64,000 nt of DNA, from assembly GCA_964016885.1 (NCBI GenBank), contig OZ024740.1:150784001-150848000 (forward strand), given 5' to 3'. The position numbers were made by a program, and so were the translations under genes. Within the stretch, counting starts at the first letter, position 1. Each line of letters begins with the position of its first letter. Shown one piece after another: positions 39,449-54,198 of the stretch. Under the pieces are notes generated by a model. That model did not search any database, was not told the origin of the DNA, and saw only the letters and a list, made by a program, of their open reading frames with translations. The DNA comes from Eledone cirrhosa. Taxonomy: Eukaryota.

Positions 39449-39495
39449 TGCCGACAGCCGTTTCGTCCGACCATATGGTGGGACTTTTCAAGGCA
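39449..39495 (-). ncRNA. Type I hammerhead with U3:A8 variant core, apparently intact
   Basis: UGCC-UUGAAAA-GUCC-cACCAUAUGGUc-GGAC-GAAAC-GGCU-GUC-GGCA, followed by AUAAA. Confidence 0.85.
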
Positions 39496-39762
39496 TATAA
39501 CATGTGATTGTAAGTTCATTATTTACATCAACGTATCACTTAAGACTAGCAGTTTGAAATTGTGGTATACATCAGCAGCTCCGCTTGTATATTTGGGGTC
39601 TATATTCTATGGGGCTCTTTTATATTAGTTGTCGGAATTGTAAAAGAGATGGATTATGGGGAGTTAAGAGAATTCGAAAATGGCCTAAGAGTCAGGGATT
39701 GACGGTTAAAAATGATATATATATAGTGTTGAACAAAAAGGCGACGATGGTTGCCGAACACT

Positions 39763-39972
39763 GTACGGCGTAATTCGGGCTGTTTGTTTACAAACAAACC
39801 GAACATTATAATAAATGTTCGGTAAACCCATACGTGCATATATATATGTGTGCATGTATGTGTATATATACATACATGCACACATATATATATATATGTA
39901 CGTATGGGTTTACCGAACATTTATTATAATGTTCGGTTTGTTTGTAAACAAACAGCCCGAATTACGCCGTAC
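39763..39972. repeat. Fold-back with ~78-bp arms around a TA/CA microsatellite; second hairpin at 39975-40028
   Basis: Arms reverse-complementary; homologous to the 10400-10480 family. Confidence 0.85.
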
Positions 39973-40986
39973 TCGATTTGCCTGTCTCGATTTAAAGTAA
40001 TATTACTTTAAATCGATACAGGCAAATCATATTGTTTTAAATTAGTATTTTTTCAACCTAGCTAACTTGGCCATTTGCAATTCGAACACATGTATACTTG
40101 TATCGGTGTTCATCCTCCCTCTCATATATTCAATTGTATTACACGGCTCGAAAAGAATCCCTTCCTTGAGCTATTTAATTGTAAAAGGCTATTTTGTGTT
40201 TCTAACTCAATCTATAATATGTTTATATATATATATACAAAATTAGGTAGGTAACTAAATAAAGTTAACCAGAACTTCAAAAATAGATACCTTATAATAT
40301 GATTAATCTTCCCTGTATATATTCCATTAAAGAAATATATTTCACCAATTAATCGAATGGTAAACCATGGAGGCTGGTACTTGGATTTTCAACAAGGAAG
40401 AAGTCCAGCTATCTATGTTTACACTTCAAGTTCAAATCAGCGACTGGCCAGCAACACGTGCTGTATCTACTAGAAATACACACATCATACCAGCTTCGTC
40501 ACAGTAGCGTGAATAGCGTTATCGACAACTAGAAACAGCAGTCAAATCCTTTCAACAGAGTTAGCTCTACAATTAAGGAGCCGTATTTATATATCTATAT
40601 CCAAATTAAGATAATCAAAATTATGGGTGTCATGCCAGAAAGACATGCGCCATATTACCCGCAAAATAAGCTCTAAGATTCTAACAAATAGGTCCGAGCA
40701 TTTTATAATAACTAGAAATTGATTAACATATAAATAAACATGAATAATCACAGGAGATAATTTTTACAAGTGTGTAAGCATACATAGCTAGGTAGGTAAC
40801 TAAATAAATTTAACCAGAACACACACACACATATATATATATATGTATATATATGGAAAGTTATATTTAAAATTGTTGGGTTACAACTAGTAAATATTTA
40901 TAACTGGTATAAAAGCACTCGACAAATATTTGGAGTATATTTACAATATTAAATAAATGGAAAACTATATTTATAAAACCATATCT

Positions 40987-41050
40987 ATTTCATTATATAT
41001 ATTTCGGGGATATCATATTAACAATATGCTATGCCTTCATCAGACAAAAT
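40987..41050 (-). ncRNA. Type I hammerhead (inverted twin of 45147-45210)
   Basis: Part of a ~220-bp repeat at 40858-41078 that is reverse-complementary to 45120-45342. Confidence 0.7.
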
Positions 41051-41103
41051 ACAATATAAACAGTTTTATAGACAAATAGGTATATGCATATATATATATA
41101 TAT

Positions 41104-42015
<912 letters not shown>

Positions 42016-42020
42016 CACAC

Positions 42021-42078
<58 letters not shown>

Positions 42079-42147
42079 AAAAAAAGATGAAATCAAAAGT
42101 GCAACTGGAGTCTTATTTTTAAAAGAATATATATATTTATTTGGTTC

Positions 42148-42183
42148 CTTTACCGGTTTCGCAGTTCTTCTGCTTTTCAAAAG
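42148..42183 (-). ncRNA. U3:A8 hammerhead, identical to 11452-11487
   Basis: CUU-UUGAAAA-GCAG-AAGAA-CUGC-GAAAC-CG-GUA-AAG. Confidence 0.8.
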
Positions 42184-42209
42184 TAGAGTTGAGATGGAGC
42201 GTCTGTGGT

Positions 42210-43430
42210 TTATATGATGAGGTGTGCCATACGCAAAGGGAGAATTCTGAGCATATTATTTCGGTCTATCGAATCAAAAGACTTCTTGAAATCCATGAAT
42301 ACAATTGCTGACTTCTCATGTTTCCGTACCTCCCCCAAAATTCTTCTTAGAACCAAGAGGTGTGAAGTAGTATAGTGAGACAGCCGAAATCCAATTTGGC
42401 TGGAACATGGAATGTTGTCGATACGTGGTTTGATTCTATTGAGCATCATCCTATATGCTTCTATAGTTGGAGTGGATGTTGAAGTTAACCTTTCGTAGTT
42501 ATTGGCACTCTTCATGATATTCTCCGTTCCTCAGACTTGTGACCTTAATGGATTTCGATGCAGAAATCTCTAAGGAAACCTGCGGGCGTTAGGTAGTTTC
42601 AATGGGTCTATAGTTCGGCCATCAAGCCCAGAGCTTTACTTGGTTTCATTGCTTTTAGTGCATTATCCATTTTTATAGAAATTCAGCGATGCTTATCTTT
42701 GGTTGGACTTCAAATACCGGGTCAATCGCTAATTTTCCTAGTCTTCCTATTCTTCTTACCAGAAAGTTCTTTCATTAATCTCCAAGCTTTTCTGGGCGTG
42801 TTGTTACTATTCTCAAAATCAGCCAAGGCTTGTTTGATTCTTTCCACCTCTAGATTTTCAGAGCTATAGCGCTGAAGTTTGTTGTGAAGCTGCACATCCG
42901 AAACTGTTGATTTAAGTGTGTCGCTTCTGATTACATTCATTGTTTTACTTTTCACAGTGGTTGTGGCACAATGGTAGCGCCCAGGTAGGATTTCTTTACC
43001 GCCTTCATTACAGGTGGACAGAAATGAAGTATAGTGTTTCTCTTCACATGACAAGGACTCAAATTTATCAACAATTGAGTCATCAATTGTTATTGCAAGG
43101 TTGACACCTTCACTTTGTACCTTTTATTAAAACTGCTTCTTACTGAATCTCCTGCTTGAGCGAAGACCGGGTTTAACATTTGTCGTGATTATGTTGTGAT
43201 CTTGCCCTACGATTACAGAGGAAGTGTGTACCTGACAATCACGAATGCTGTTTTTCCATCGTTTCCTGCAAATGATAAAATCGATTTGGGAAAGATGCTC
43301 AGCTGTGTGTCTCCAATCCACAGCTTCCGTTTTAGTTTCTGGAAAATGGCATTCTCGGATAGGAGATTATGTTGAAACTTTTCTAGAACTATTCCGTCTC
43401 TGTTAATACTCTGATGGTACTTCACAACCT
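42210..43430 (-). pseudogene. Degraded RTE-type LINE (endonuclease C-terminus to RT)
   Basis: SQIDFIICRKRWKNSIRDC..QDH (endonuclease); SQIGFR...LLVLRRILGEVRK...FMDFKKSFDSIDR (RT). Confidence 0.85.
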
Positions 43431-43631
43431 AGTGGTGAGAGTTTGAAAGTGTAAAAAGGTTGAGCATAAATTTAGAAATGGTATTGTTCAAAATAAATAA
43501 AATAAAATACCCATATAATAGGCTTATGCGTAGATCTGAAACATAACCTTACAAAATAGCTAAAATTAGACCATTGACATGCTTTTACAGATGTCTAAAA
43601 GAAGGCTCTGTGCCCAATATATTCTAATATA

Positions 43632-43731
43632 TAGGATGTCCCACAAAAATGTATACACACTTTGATTACATGTACAGGCAATATTTATTAGACTCCTATT
43701 GAAGTGTGTATACAATTTTTTAGACATCCTG
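43632..43731. mobile_element. Tc1/mariner-type MITE (100 bp)
   Basis: TIRs 'taggatgtcccacaaaaatgtatacacactt' / 'aagtgtgtatacaattttttagacatcctg'; TA on both sides. Confidence 0.75.
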
Positions 43732-45146
43732 TATATGCAGATACCACACACATATATACGAGCAGCGTAATCATGCGCTGCTTCTCATTCAGAAACACAT
43801 ACCAGCTCCACTGATACACTCTGTCATTCTGCCACCAGAGCTGAATAACCCCCTCCCCCATGCAAAACTAAACACCCTATAGTCCTGATGAACTTTTCCT
43901 CTTCTTTTCCTTTCGAAACTCTTTTATTTTCTTTCCGAACTTTTAACTTCACTTTCGTCTCTGTTGTGATGAAGGTCTAACATCCGATACATTGAAGGCA
44001 CTTCTTTTCTCCATTCCTCAACTTATAATACTTTTGTATTTGTTCTCCATATTTGTTTTTCATGTGACAATGCAACCTTTTTGTCATATAACCTAGCAGC
44101 GCCGTACAATGAAGCAGACGATGATCAAATACCAGGATTAAAATGTGCGCACTCGTTTCGTGTCGGTTACCATCATGATCTCTGATGTTCTCAGTACCTC
44201 GACTGAAGTTTTCTTCCACAGAATCGGGACGAATGCTCCCTACCTTAGGACGGAGCTCCGTGAGGTGGAATGTTTGATAAAACAGTTGTCGCTGTTGAAA
44301 GCATTGCTTTCGCTATCTGAGATATACCACACAATGAAGGATGTACGGTTTGGCCTCTCCCTTCCCACATCTCCAATTTGTCATTAGTTATCTTTTCTTT
44401 TATCTTCTCTTTTTAAATTTTTTATGTTTTCATGCATGAAAAATTGTTCAAATCAGAGCCAAAGAAACGATACATTTACGCTAGAGCACGTATGAAGGTA
44501 TTCTTGGGAGGATTATATCTCAAACCTCTGGACCGAATGAATTAATCCCAAATCTAGATTACCGTACGACATATAATTTATTGAAATGGCATATCAAATA
44601 AAATCTTCTCATAAAAAAAAGTGACATAAAACACACAAGAAAAATATAATTACAATCCTTTTTGAGAGTGAAAACTAATTTAACTTGCCCACTGGATAGC
44701 TGCAAACCTCATCACGTCGATTAATTAAAATAGTTCCTGTTTAATGAACTTTTATGTCGTTTGTAAATGCTCATTGAATGGCGAAAATTATACATACATG
44801 CATACACATTCAAACATATGCATACACATTCAAACATATGCACCCCCCACACACACACACACCCACACACACACACACACACCACGCCTCCCCACACAAA
44901 CACACACACACCCCCACACACACACACGCAAACACAAGCAAGTTTTGCATCAAGAAAAATAAAACGATAGATAGGTAGATATTTTGCGGTAGCATTATAT
45001 ATATTAATTTATATATGTCTATTTGTGTGTAAGCGTATGTATCGTATAAGTATATATATATGACTGCTAGAGTAAACCTCTTCAAATGAAGTTGATGTTT
45101 ATTACGGTATGTCGAATATATTTATCTATAAAACTGTTTATATTGT

Positions 45147-45210
45147 ATTTTGTCTGATGAAGGCATAACATATTGTTAATATGATATCCCCGAAATATAT
45201 ATAATGAAAT
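45147..45210 (+). ncRNA. Type I hammerhead
   Basis: Stem I AUUUUGU/AUGAAAU; CUGAUGA; long imperfect stem II; GAAA-UAUAUA-UA. Confidence 0.7.
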
Positions 45211-45339
45211 AAATATGGTTTTATAAATATAGTTTTCCATTTATTTAATATTGTAAATATACTCCAAATATTTGTCGAGTGCTTTTATATCAGTTATAAA
45301 TATTTACTAGTTGTAACCCAACAATTTTAAATATAACTT

Positions 45340-45410
<71 letters not shown>

Positions 45411-45415
<5 letters not shown>

Positions 45416-46257
45416 CAAGGTTTAGCAAATAAGAAAAAGTTTTAAAATAAATTTTAAAAAGTTCACTGTACCTGCTGTAATTACCCTTACCGCGCGGTTT
45501 TAAGTCTCAAAATAAATTGATAATCCATGCGGAAATCCATTGAGAAGAAGACTTTCGTCAGAGGGTTCTTCTCACTCGGAGAATATAAAATTCCCGAGTT
45601 CAAATCACAAAATGGCGCCATACAGAACTGTTCCCGGATGAGAGTGTATGATGAAGAAACAATCTTGTCTAGTGCCGTGTGTAAATATAGAAAGCAGGAG
45701 TGGAAAGGTCACACTGGCATACGATTAGATAATACATGTGTCCCTATATGCATTTTGCATGTAGGGACACATACTTTATTATTATTAATCTCCCCTAGTC
45801 GAGATAACATTTTGGTCGTTTTAACTGCTGCTATTTCTAGTAGCAGTACATTGACCTTTCCGGCCCTGCCTTCTATCTTTACACACGGCACTAGACAAGA
45901 TTGTTTCTTCATCATACACTCTCATCCGGGAACAGTTCTGTATGGCGCCAGTTCGTGATTTGAACTCGGGAATTTTATATTCTCCGAGTGAGAAGAACCC
46001 TCTGACGAAAGTCTTCTTCTCAATGGATTTCCGCATGGATTATCCATTTATTTTGAGACTTGAAACCGCGTGGTGAGGGTAATTATAGCAGGTACAGTGA
46101 ACATTTTAAAATTTATTTTAAAACTTTTTCTTATTTGTTAAATCTTGATTATATATGTTCTGGCTTGTTAATTTATTAACCTGCCATAGAACCACATTGG
46201 CATACGGTTGGATAATACATGTGTCCCTATATGCACTTTGCATGTAGGAAAACATAC

Positions 46258-46262
<5 letters not shown>
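45411..46262. mobile_element. Fold-back element (~300-bp arms, 45411-45710 / 45852-46152) with a hammerhead in each arm and a direct repeat (45711-45781 / 46194-46262)
   Basis: Hammerheads at 45483-45566 (-) and 45997-46080 (+): ACCCU-CUGACGA-AAGUC...GACUU-(G/A)AAAC-CGCG(C/U)G-GU(A/G)-AGGGU. Confidence 0.85.
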
Positions 46263-46310
<48 letters not shown>

Positions 46311-46355
46311 ATATTAAATAAATGGAAACTATATTTATAAAACCATATTTATTTT

Positions 46356-46414
46356 ATTCTATTATATATATTTCAAGGGTACCAAAACTTTGGTACGCTT
46401 TCATCAGATAAAAT
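46356..46414 (-). ncRNA. Type I hammerhead, apparently intact
   Basis: AUUUUAU-CUGAUGA-AAGcGUACCAAA-GU-UUUGGUACcCUU-GAAA-UAUAUA-UA-AUAGAAU. Confidence 0.8.
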
Positions 46415-46476
46415 ACAAAATTTTATTTTATAAATTTTGACATAACCAAGTTTTCCCTGGATATATATTTAGTGGA

Positions 46477-46516
<40 letters not shown>

Positions 46517-46624
46517 CATATGTATGTGTGAGTATGTGTGTGTGTGTGTGTATGTGTGTGTGTATGTGTGTGTGTGTGTGTGTATGCGTGTGTGTGTGTG
46601 TGTATGTGTGTGTATGTGTGTGTG

Positions 46625-46656
<32 letters not shown>

Positions 46657-49326
46657 AGTGTGTGTGTGTGTGTGCTTGCATACAACATTATCTCATTCAA
46701 ACTGGGAGATATAAGTGAGCTCGGCAGATCAATTTCACTTTGAAAGCAACTCACCAAAATTTGCCGTACATAAATAATCATCTAGCAGCTACTTAAAAAC
46801 ATCCTCAACACGATTTTAATTAAAGCAATTGGATACAAGATATAAAATACTTGACAAAAAAGAAGAAATATACCAAATTATGTTTCAGTAGTTTTATTTC
46901 TATGGCGTGATCGTACTGCAAAATCGAACGCAGCGTTGAGTGACATGGATTTGTTTCGTTTATTGTATTTAAATACTCTACATTGTGTTATGTGTCTGCA
47001 GTAGCGAGTTGTATATTTTATACAAGTTTTTGATATGAGTAAGTCCTAGTATTTGGGTTTTGTATTTCTCTAAGTCCTACATAATCTTTGCACCTATCAT
47101 TATTTGTATTGGTTTTGTTTTAATTCCTCTCATTATGGTAAATTCTCTTACGACGTTCTTGTTTCAGTAATCTCAATTCCTTTTAGAGTGACACTATTGT
47201 CTGTTGGGACCTATGCATTGTTTATGTGGATATGTTTTCTTGTTGGCACTTAATAACAGTATCCAGTTGACTAATTTTGTATTCCTTATCTGTGCGGATT
47301 AACGTATTGTACAATATAGTTGCTTTATCATACCCAGATACATTTCTTAGTATAATTCTTACCTTTTATTTTCCGTCGGTATTTCATAATTCTGGCATAA
47401 CTTCAAATGTATTTTAGTCCCATTTAAACATTCCGGTTCATTCCCACTTTTACTTCCCTGTATTCATGGCAAATATAATCTTTCTATTTAGGTAGTGCGT
47501 TCTAATTCCTGTTCTTAATTTTCTTCTGTATGTTTCTGTTTAAGACCTCCCACCATAATTCTAACTAGCATTGGCACCAGCAAACAGATTGACTTGAACA
47601 CTTGATACTAGCTACCAAACTGCCTCTTTGGTCCCCATGCTCAATCAGGAAGGATTTAGGTTTTTACAACAAAAACAACAATAACATGAGCTATGTTTTC
47701 CCCACTAACTTTCACTAGGAACAGACCACCACTGATTTTACTGTCACTACGAACACATCATCCTTGACACCACCAACAACAAAAACACTGCCAGCACTAC
47801 CACCACCGCCACAAATGTCTCCCATCGTAAGGTAAAACTGATGGTATAGATGAAGATTAGAATAGAGATAGTGAAGAGAGTAATGGTGATGATGGTGGGG
47901 TGACTACAGTGGTGGTAAACGTAGAAATGTTGCAACAGATGAGTGTTATGGGAAAGTAGATAAGGAAAATTTTTGTTGTTGCTTCTGGTAGTGTATTGTG
48001 TTAATGGTTCTGGTGTAGTTACTCTGTGGTTGAAGTAATAGTGAAGGAAGATTCGGTAAATTTCACATCTAGAATCTGCAATTTTCTGAATGGATTGCCA
48101 CGTGTGCAGAGAAGCAGCAATTATTCGGACCAAGTTCAACAAATCAGTTTGCTTTCTGCCCACCATCAGATTCTACAGACAAGCAGAAACAGGTTGACCA
48201 GTAGACCTTCTCGATTGCATTACTGCATCACATAAACTAACTCACTACATATGCAACATGTGATTGTGAAGCGTTGGGAAATTTGAAATTTGAAAAATAT
48301 AGTCGCCACGTAGCTGATAACTATAACAGTAGTTGATAACTATAGCTAATAGTTGAATAAATGATTGTCGAGATTAGAATGCCTTTATCCCTACATCACC
48401 TTCATCTTAATCATCATGTATATCCTCTGATATGTTTTCACTGCCAATACAACCATAACACCAACATCTCCGCCATCACCAATATCCTCACCACAACTAC
48501 CTTCACAACCACTTCCCTCATCACCATTACCAACACTACCACCACCACCATCTTTACTATCTTTATTAGCTTAGCGTTTATTACCTGTATAAACACTTTA
48601 TCACTCACTACTTTATCATTACTACTTCTACGAAGACACCACCTCTGCCACCGCAAATATCCTTCACTATAATCTTCATCCATAATATAATTTCTGCGTT
48701 CATCACTACAGCTATGACTACCATTAATACCAACAACATCACCACTATGGCAACCTGTTCCCTGAAGTAACGACTATGTCAAGCTGGTTTATTTCACAGT
48801 TACCTGTCAGCCATGTGAAAGCCGCCACAATGGCTTCCTTTAATGTCGCTAAGGTAATGGAGAGAGAAAGGCGAGGGAAACTTGATTGAATACTTCCGTT
48901 TTACTTTTGCCGATTAATCTTTGCCAAGACCGGATTTAAAGTTGACCGTTACAACTGGATTAAACACTCCTTTAACTTCTTCTTTTCCTTTTCGTCATCT
49001 GCTTTCTCATCCCTTTCTGTTCTTGTTGTTGTAGTTGACTTTGGATCAAAACTACTTCTGTGCAGCTTTTGTACGTTCATGTTTCTTTTCATCTGAAACA
49101 GTTTTGATATTTTATAATCTTTCCCTAGATGCAAATGATTTACTTATATGGCCTTACTGTCTTTTCATGTAACTATTGTTCCAAATATAATATCATTCTA
49201 GGCGAAATCTATTTAGAATTTTTGTGGATTGAATTCGAAAATAGAGCTAGCTTATCCTTCTTGTTCAATTCTTTTCTTTCAGAAGTTTGTTTTCTATTTT
49301 TTTGTCAATTTTATTAATGATGATGC

Positions 49327-49406
49327 GTGTATTGCTTATCATTTTATATACCATTTATTATATATATATATATAATAAATGGTATATAAAATGATAAGCA
49401 ATACAC
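49327..49406. repeat. Perfect 80-bp palindrome centred on (TA)n
   Basis: gtgtattgcttatcattttatataccattta...taaatggtatataaaatgataagcaatacac. Confidence 0.9.
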
Positions 49407-49796
49407 AATATATATATATATATATTCAGACTGCATCCTCTATTCTACGTATTACCATCGATTCGCTTTTCTATTTTTCTCCGTGGTCTCATGCTGTGAT
49501 TACATCCCATGTTGTGTATACATTTTCATAAATATTTTCTTAACTTCATTTCTTCCACATATCATTGCCTGCTTTAACCATTTATAGAATTTTCCATATT
49601 GTACATGTATTTCGAAAATACCTTTTTATCGATCCTTTTTTTCGCATATCGTCAGTTTCAATAATTTCTGTTCAATCTTTTCTCAGTAAATCTAAATTTT
49701 TTTTAATTTTTTTGCAATATTATTTTTTCGTCTTTTCCTTATTACCTCTCACACTTCCTCTTATATTTAAACTATTTCCTCACAATATCATGATCC

Positions 49797-49953
<157 letters not shown>

Positions 49954-50450
49954 ATGTGTATGAATAGATACAAATACACACATAAATACAGAGGGACTGT
50001 CACAATCATATATACAAACAGAAAGATGCAGATAAGAGACACATACATACACATATACATACATACAAATGTAACAATAAATAAGATAGAGTATATTGTG
50101 ACTGATCGCTCAAATGAATATTGGTGGAATCTAAAAATATAGAGTGCAAACAAATTATAACACAATCGGTCCGGTATTGTTATTTAGGAACAAAGAAAAT
50201 AAACACCGTCTGCTATGGCAGCCAGCTGCCCACTTGACATCAATATGATAAAAATAAATCTAACTGAAAGAGATTATCGATGACCCATAAGTTAAGAGTT
50301 ACAAATCCATTACTCAAAATGCACATTCAGTCTTATACATATTGCAGCTACAGGATATAAACTAAACTACCTTGGCCAAACTGATGTTGGATTCTTGGAA
50401 ATATAAAGCAACTCCTTAATATATGACACCCCCCCCCCCCCACCCACACG

Positions 50451-50574
<124 letters not shown>

Positions 50575-51083
50575 AGAATAGACTAAAATAAAAACTATTT
50601 CAGTAATATTTCACCTTAAATAGCTCAAATACTATATAAGTTAAGCTTTATAATTTGTAGAGCTTCATCTTTCACAAATTATACTTTGCTGTAAAAATTC
50701 ATAGTATATTGAAAGTAAGCATTGAAAGCAAAAAATACATTTTAAAATAAAAATATAATTTCAGCTACAAATTTGAGCTTATAGCGCAGCTTAATTCAGG
50801 AAAATTATAGATATTATTTAATATAATTAATTAACAAATTAAGACGCTGAAAACTCACCAGTAAGGACTGTCTTAAAACATATCTTATGGCTTTTACAAG
50901 AAATTTCAAGTGGAATATCATATATTGTTAAATGTCTAGACAACATAAACAATCTCTCAGCAAAACGACACTAATATTATATATAAAATTCTATGTACTT
51001 TTAGGTTTAAATCAGTAGGTCTGACCTCTAAAGACAGAGGTTAAAAGGGAAGCTAGAAATAGAACCATAAAAATCTCTCTCTC

Positions 51084-51124
<41 letters not shown>

Positions 51125-51132
51125 TTTTTTAA

Positions 51133-51177
<45 letters not shown>

Positions 51178-51188
51178 TGTGTGTGTGC

Positions 51189-51790
51189 GTGAGACCCGGG
51201 TTTAATCGGGGGTAAAACACAGTAGGTACATTAGTAGAATGTAAACATCAAACATAACATAAATTGCCTCTACAGGAATAGAACTGTTTTATTCAAAATA
51301 ATCATCAGAATTTTCTGGTCGACATTTGTAGCTGAAAGTCTACACTAAACCTGGTTCCCCTAACTGACCATCCTCAGTTAGCCGTGTTTTAGAGAGAGAG
51401 CAACAATAATCAGTTGATACCGATAAAACTCTTTCCAAATATGAGCAGTTCAGGGTGATTTAAACCTGGTAAATCCAATAGCATGCGTAAGTTCTGGGAC
51501 TCAATTTTCAAAAATATCATTGAAGACGATTTGGCTTATCAGTCATTTAATTAGAAGCCAGCCACGGGTTCCTGGTCACCTTAGATATAGGCAAGCTTTG
51601 TTTAGACTATCTTTTCTAGGTCCCTCCTAGCTAACAGGTGAGCAGTTCTATCCCTGTCAAGGGTCACTTAGTAACTTGGGGTGCTGCCAAATGATACCAT
51701 TGCCTAAAATTGGAGACAAAAAGAACAATACCCCAATGTGAGGGTTGCAGCTACGTACTTCCAGCTTCTTTAGCCCGTATACATCAGAGC
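51189..51790 (-). mobile_element. Degraded PLE-like 3' end, same family as 59158-59446 and 61365-61655
   Basis: 'cccggggtttaatcgggggtaa...gtagaatgtaaacatcaaac' matches 61372-61440; degenerate hammerhead at ~51267-51310; distal boundary approximate. Confidence 0.6.
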
Positions 51791-52514
51791 TCTCACCATC
51801 ACTGTAGGTCTTTCGAATGAAACGTTATCCATTCAGGATATAAGAACGTTCTGATTAAAGTGGACGTTGCTTGCACAGAACCACAAGCACTTTTCAGTAA
51901 AAAGCTTGCAGGAAACGGCGATGGCCCAACACAAGTTCGGACGACTAGCAACTAATTCATTTTCAGGTTTTCTATCAGAGTTTCCTTCAGAATGTGTTTA
52001 ATTGTTTACTTCTCTCCACACAGCATGCAACTGATTAATTGATTCTGTTTCATTACATAATCCACAGGAGGGGTTCAGTGAGTTGATAACGTTTCGTGAG
52101 GAAGAGAGGGAGAGCGGGAAGGAGAGAGAGGGAAATAGATAGAGGGAGAAAGAGAGAGGGGGAGGCATAGAATTATTGTCATCTTGGTAAAATGTCTGCA
52201 ATAATAGAAAGGAATAAACTAATGAAAAATTGAGGAGGAATAAAACAGGGAGAAAACCGAAAAGGTCAGTTAGAAATGGCGTGAGAAGTGTGGGATTTGA
52301 AGGAGAAGGAAAGAAATAGAGAGTAAAGGAGAGCTGGTAAAGAGAGAGAGGGGGAGAAAGAGAGAGAGGGGGAGAAAGAGAGAGAGGGGGAGAAAGAGAG
52401 AAACGTTAGTAACACGCTCGAGGTCTAAAAATGCTCGATTTGTGCAATGCAGGCGCTTTACTCAGGAGCAATGGCCGTAAAATTTCAGATAAGTGAATGA
52501 GACTGAGGAAAATA

Positions 52515-52636
52515 GAAAGAAGAAGAAGAAGAAGAAGAAGAAGAAGAAGAAGAAGAAGAAGAAGAAGAAGAAGAAGAAGAAGAAGAAGAAGAAGAAGAAG
52601 AAGAAGAAGAAGAAGAAGAAGAAGAAGAAGAAGAAG
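52515..52636. repeat. (AAG)n microsatellite
   Basis: Directly visible. Confidence 0.95.
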
Positions 52637-52782
52637 CGAAAAATATTGTGATTATGCCAATAACAATAACAATAACAATAACAACTGACGTATATAAATA
52701 ATTCAGAGAGCGATCAACTAAACATCCAATTAGCCAGGAAACGAAAGATGCCATCAAAAATCTGCAATACTGATTGGTTCTC

Positions 52783-52843
<61 letters not shown>

Positions 52844-52888
52844 AGTGTGTGTGTGTGAGTGTGTGTGTGTGTGTGTGTGAGTGTGTGT

Positions 52889-52925
<37 letters not shown>

Positions 52926-53020
52926 CGTGCGTGTGTAAGTGTGTTTGTATTTGCGTATCTGTGTTTTGTTAATTACAGACAAATTATTGTTTATAGATGT
53001 CGAAGGCGGAAGCGAGATAC

Positions 53021-53089
<69 letters not shown>

Positions 53090-54081
53090 TATGTATGTGA
53101 TAGAGAAAATACCAAAAATAAAATCGAACAGTGATAGAGAAAAAAGAATTATAGAAGGCAGTAGGATAGAAAGAAAATTAAAAATAATAAAGAAAGAAGA
53201 GAAACTTTCAGAATAATAAATAACTTAAATGATTCGGTGATTTTGACGGATAATGGCAATAATCTTCGTCGGCTGTCATAGAGAATTATGAGAAATGTGT
53301 GAGTGAAGGAAGGTATGGTAGAATGTGTGTGTGTGTGTGTGTGAATATTTGTGAGTTTAGCAAAAGATTGTATTAACTGTCACAAACGATTACGTGAGAA
53401 TTGAAGACAGATCTCACATGGAATTGAAACCAATCATCATTTTTCAAAACACAGTTTTAGCTGTCACAGACAAATTTACTAGAAAAAGAGAAAAACACAA
53501 CATAACTTGGAGAACTATATGGATCCGAATCTAATTTTCGGTTAAGCTTCTAAAAATGAATAAATATAAAAGAATTTTTTAAAATCTCAATACAAAAATG
53601 GTACCAACTTAAAAGCGAAATGATAACCTGTAGTTTTATAAACATTATGTATATATATATATAATAAGGGTTGACGGACCCACCATATTTATCAATGCCA
53701 GTACCGGTTGTATCTCAGCGCACTCAATGGGCAATGTAAGATACATTACCAGAGTATACACATAGTTATATAAATTTATACAACTTGATAGTCACGGTTG
53801 GAAAGCTTTTCATCATATGGGTACTTAAGGCGATAAGGTACTCAATACATGGCAGAGTAAACATTTTTTTATTGTATAGAAGGAGCTTCTGTGTATGTAT
53901 GTATGTGTGTGCATATGTATGTATATGTATGTATAGTATAGTTTATACCGAGAGACATACATACATGTATGTCTGTATATATATATATATGTGTATACGC
54001 ACGTGTGTATGTGTAGATATATATATGTGTGTGTATGTGTATGCGTGTGTGTGTGTATATTTGTGTGTTTGTGTTTTTTCT

Positions 54082-54198
<117 letters not shown>

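Noticed and set aside
47030-47560. Possible degraded LTR-retrotransposon coding remnant on the minus strand
   Set aside because: Purine-rich but no motif identifiable with confidence
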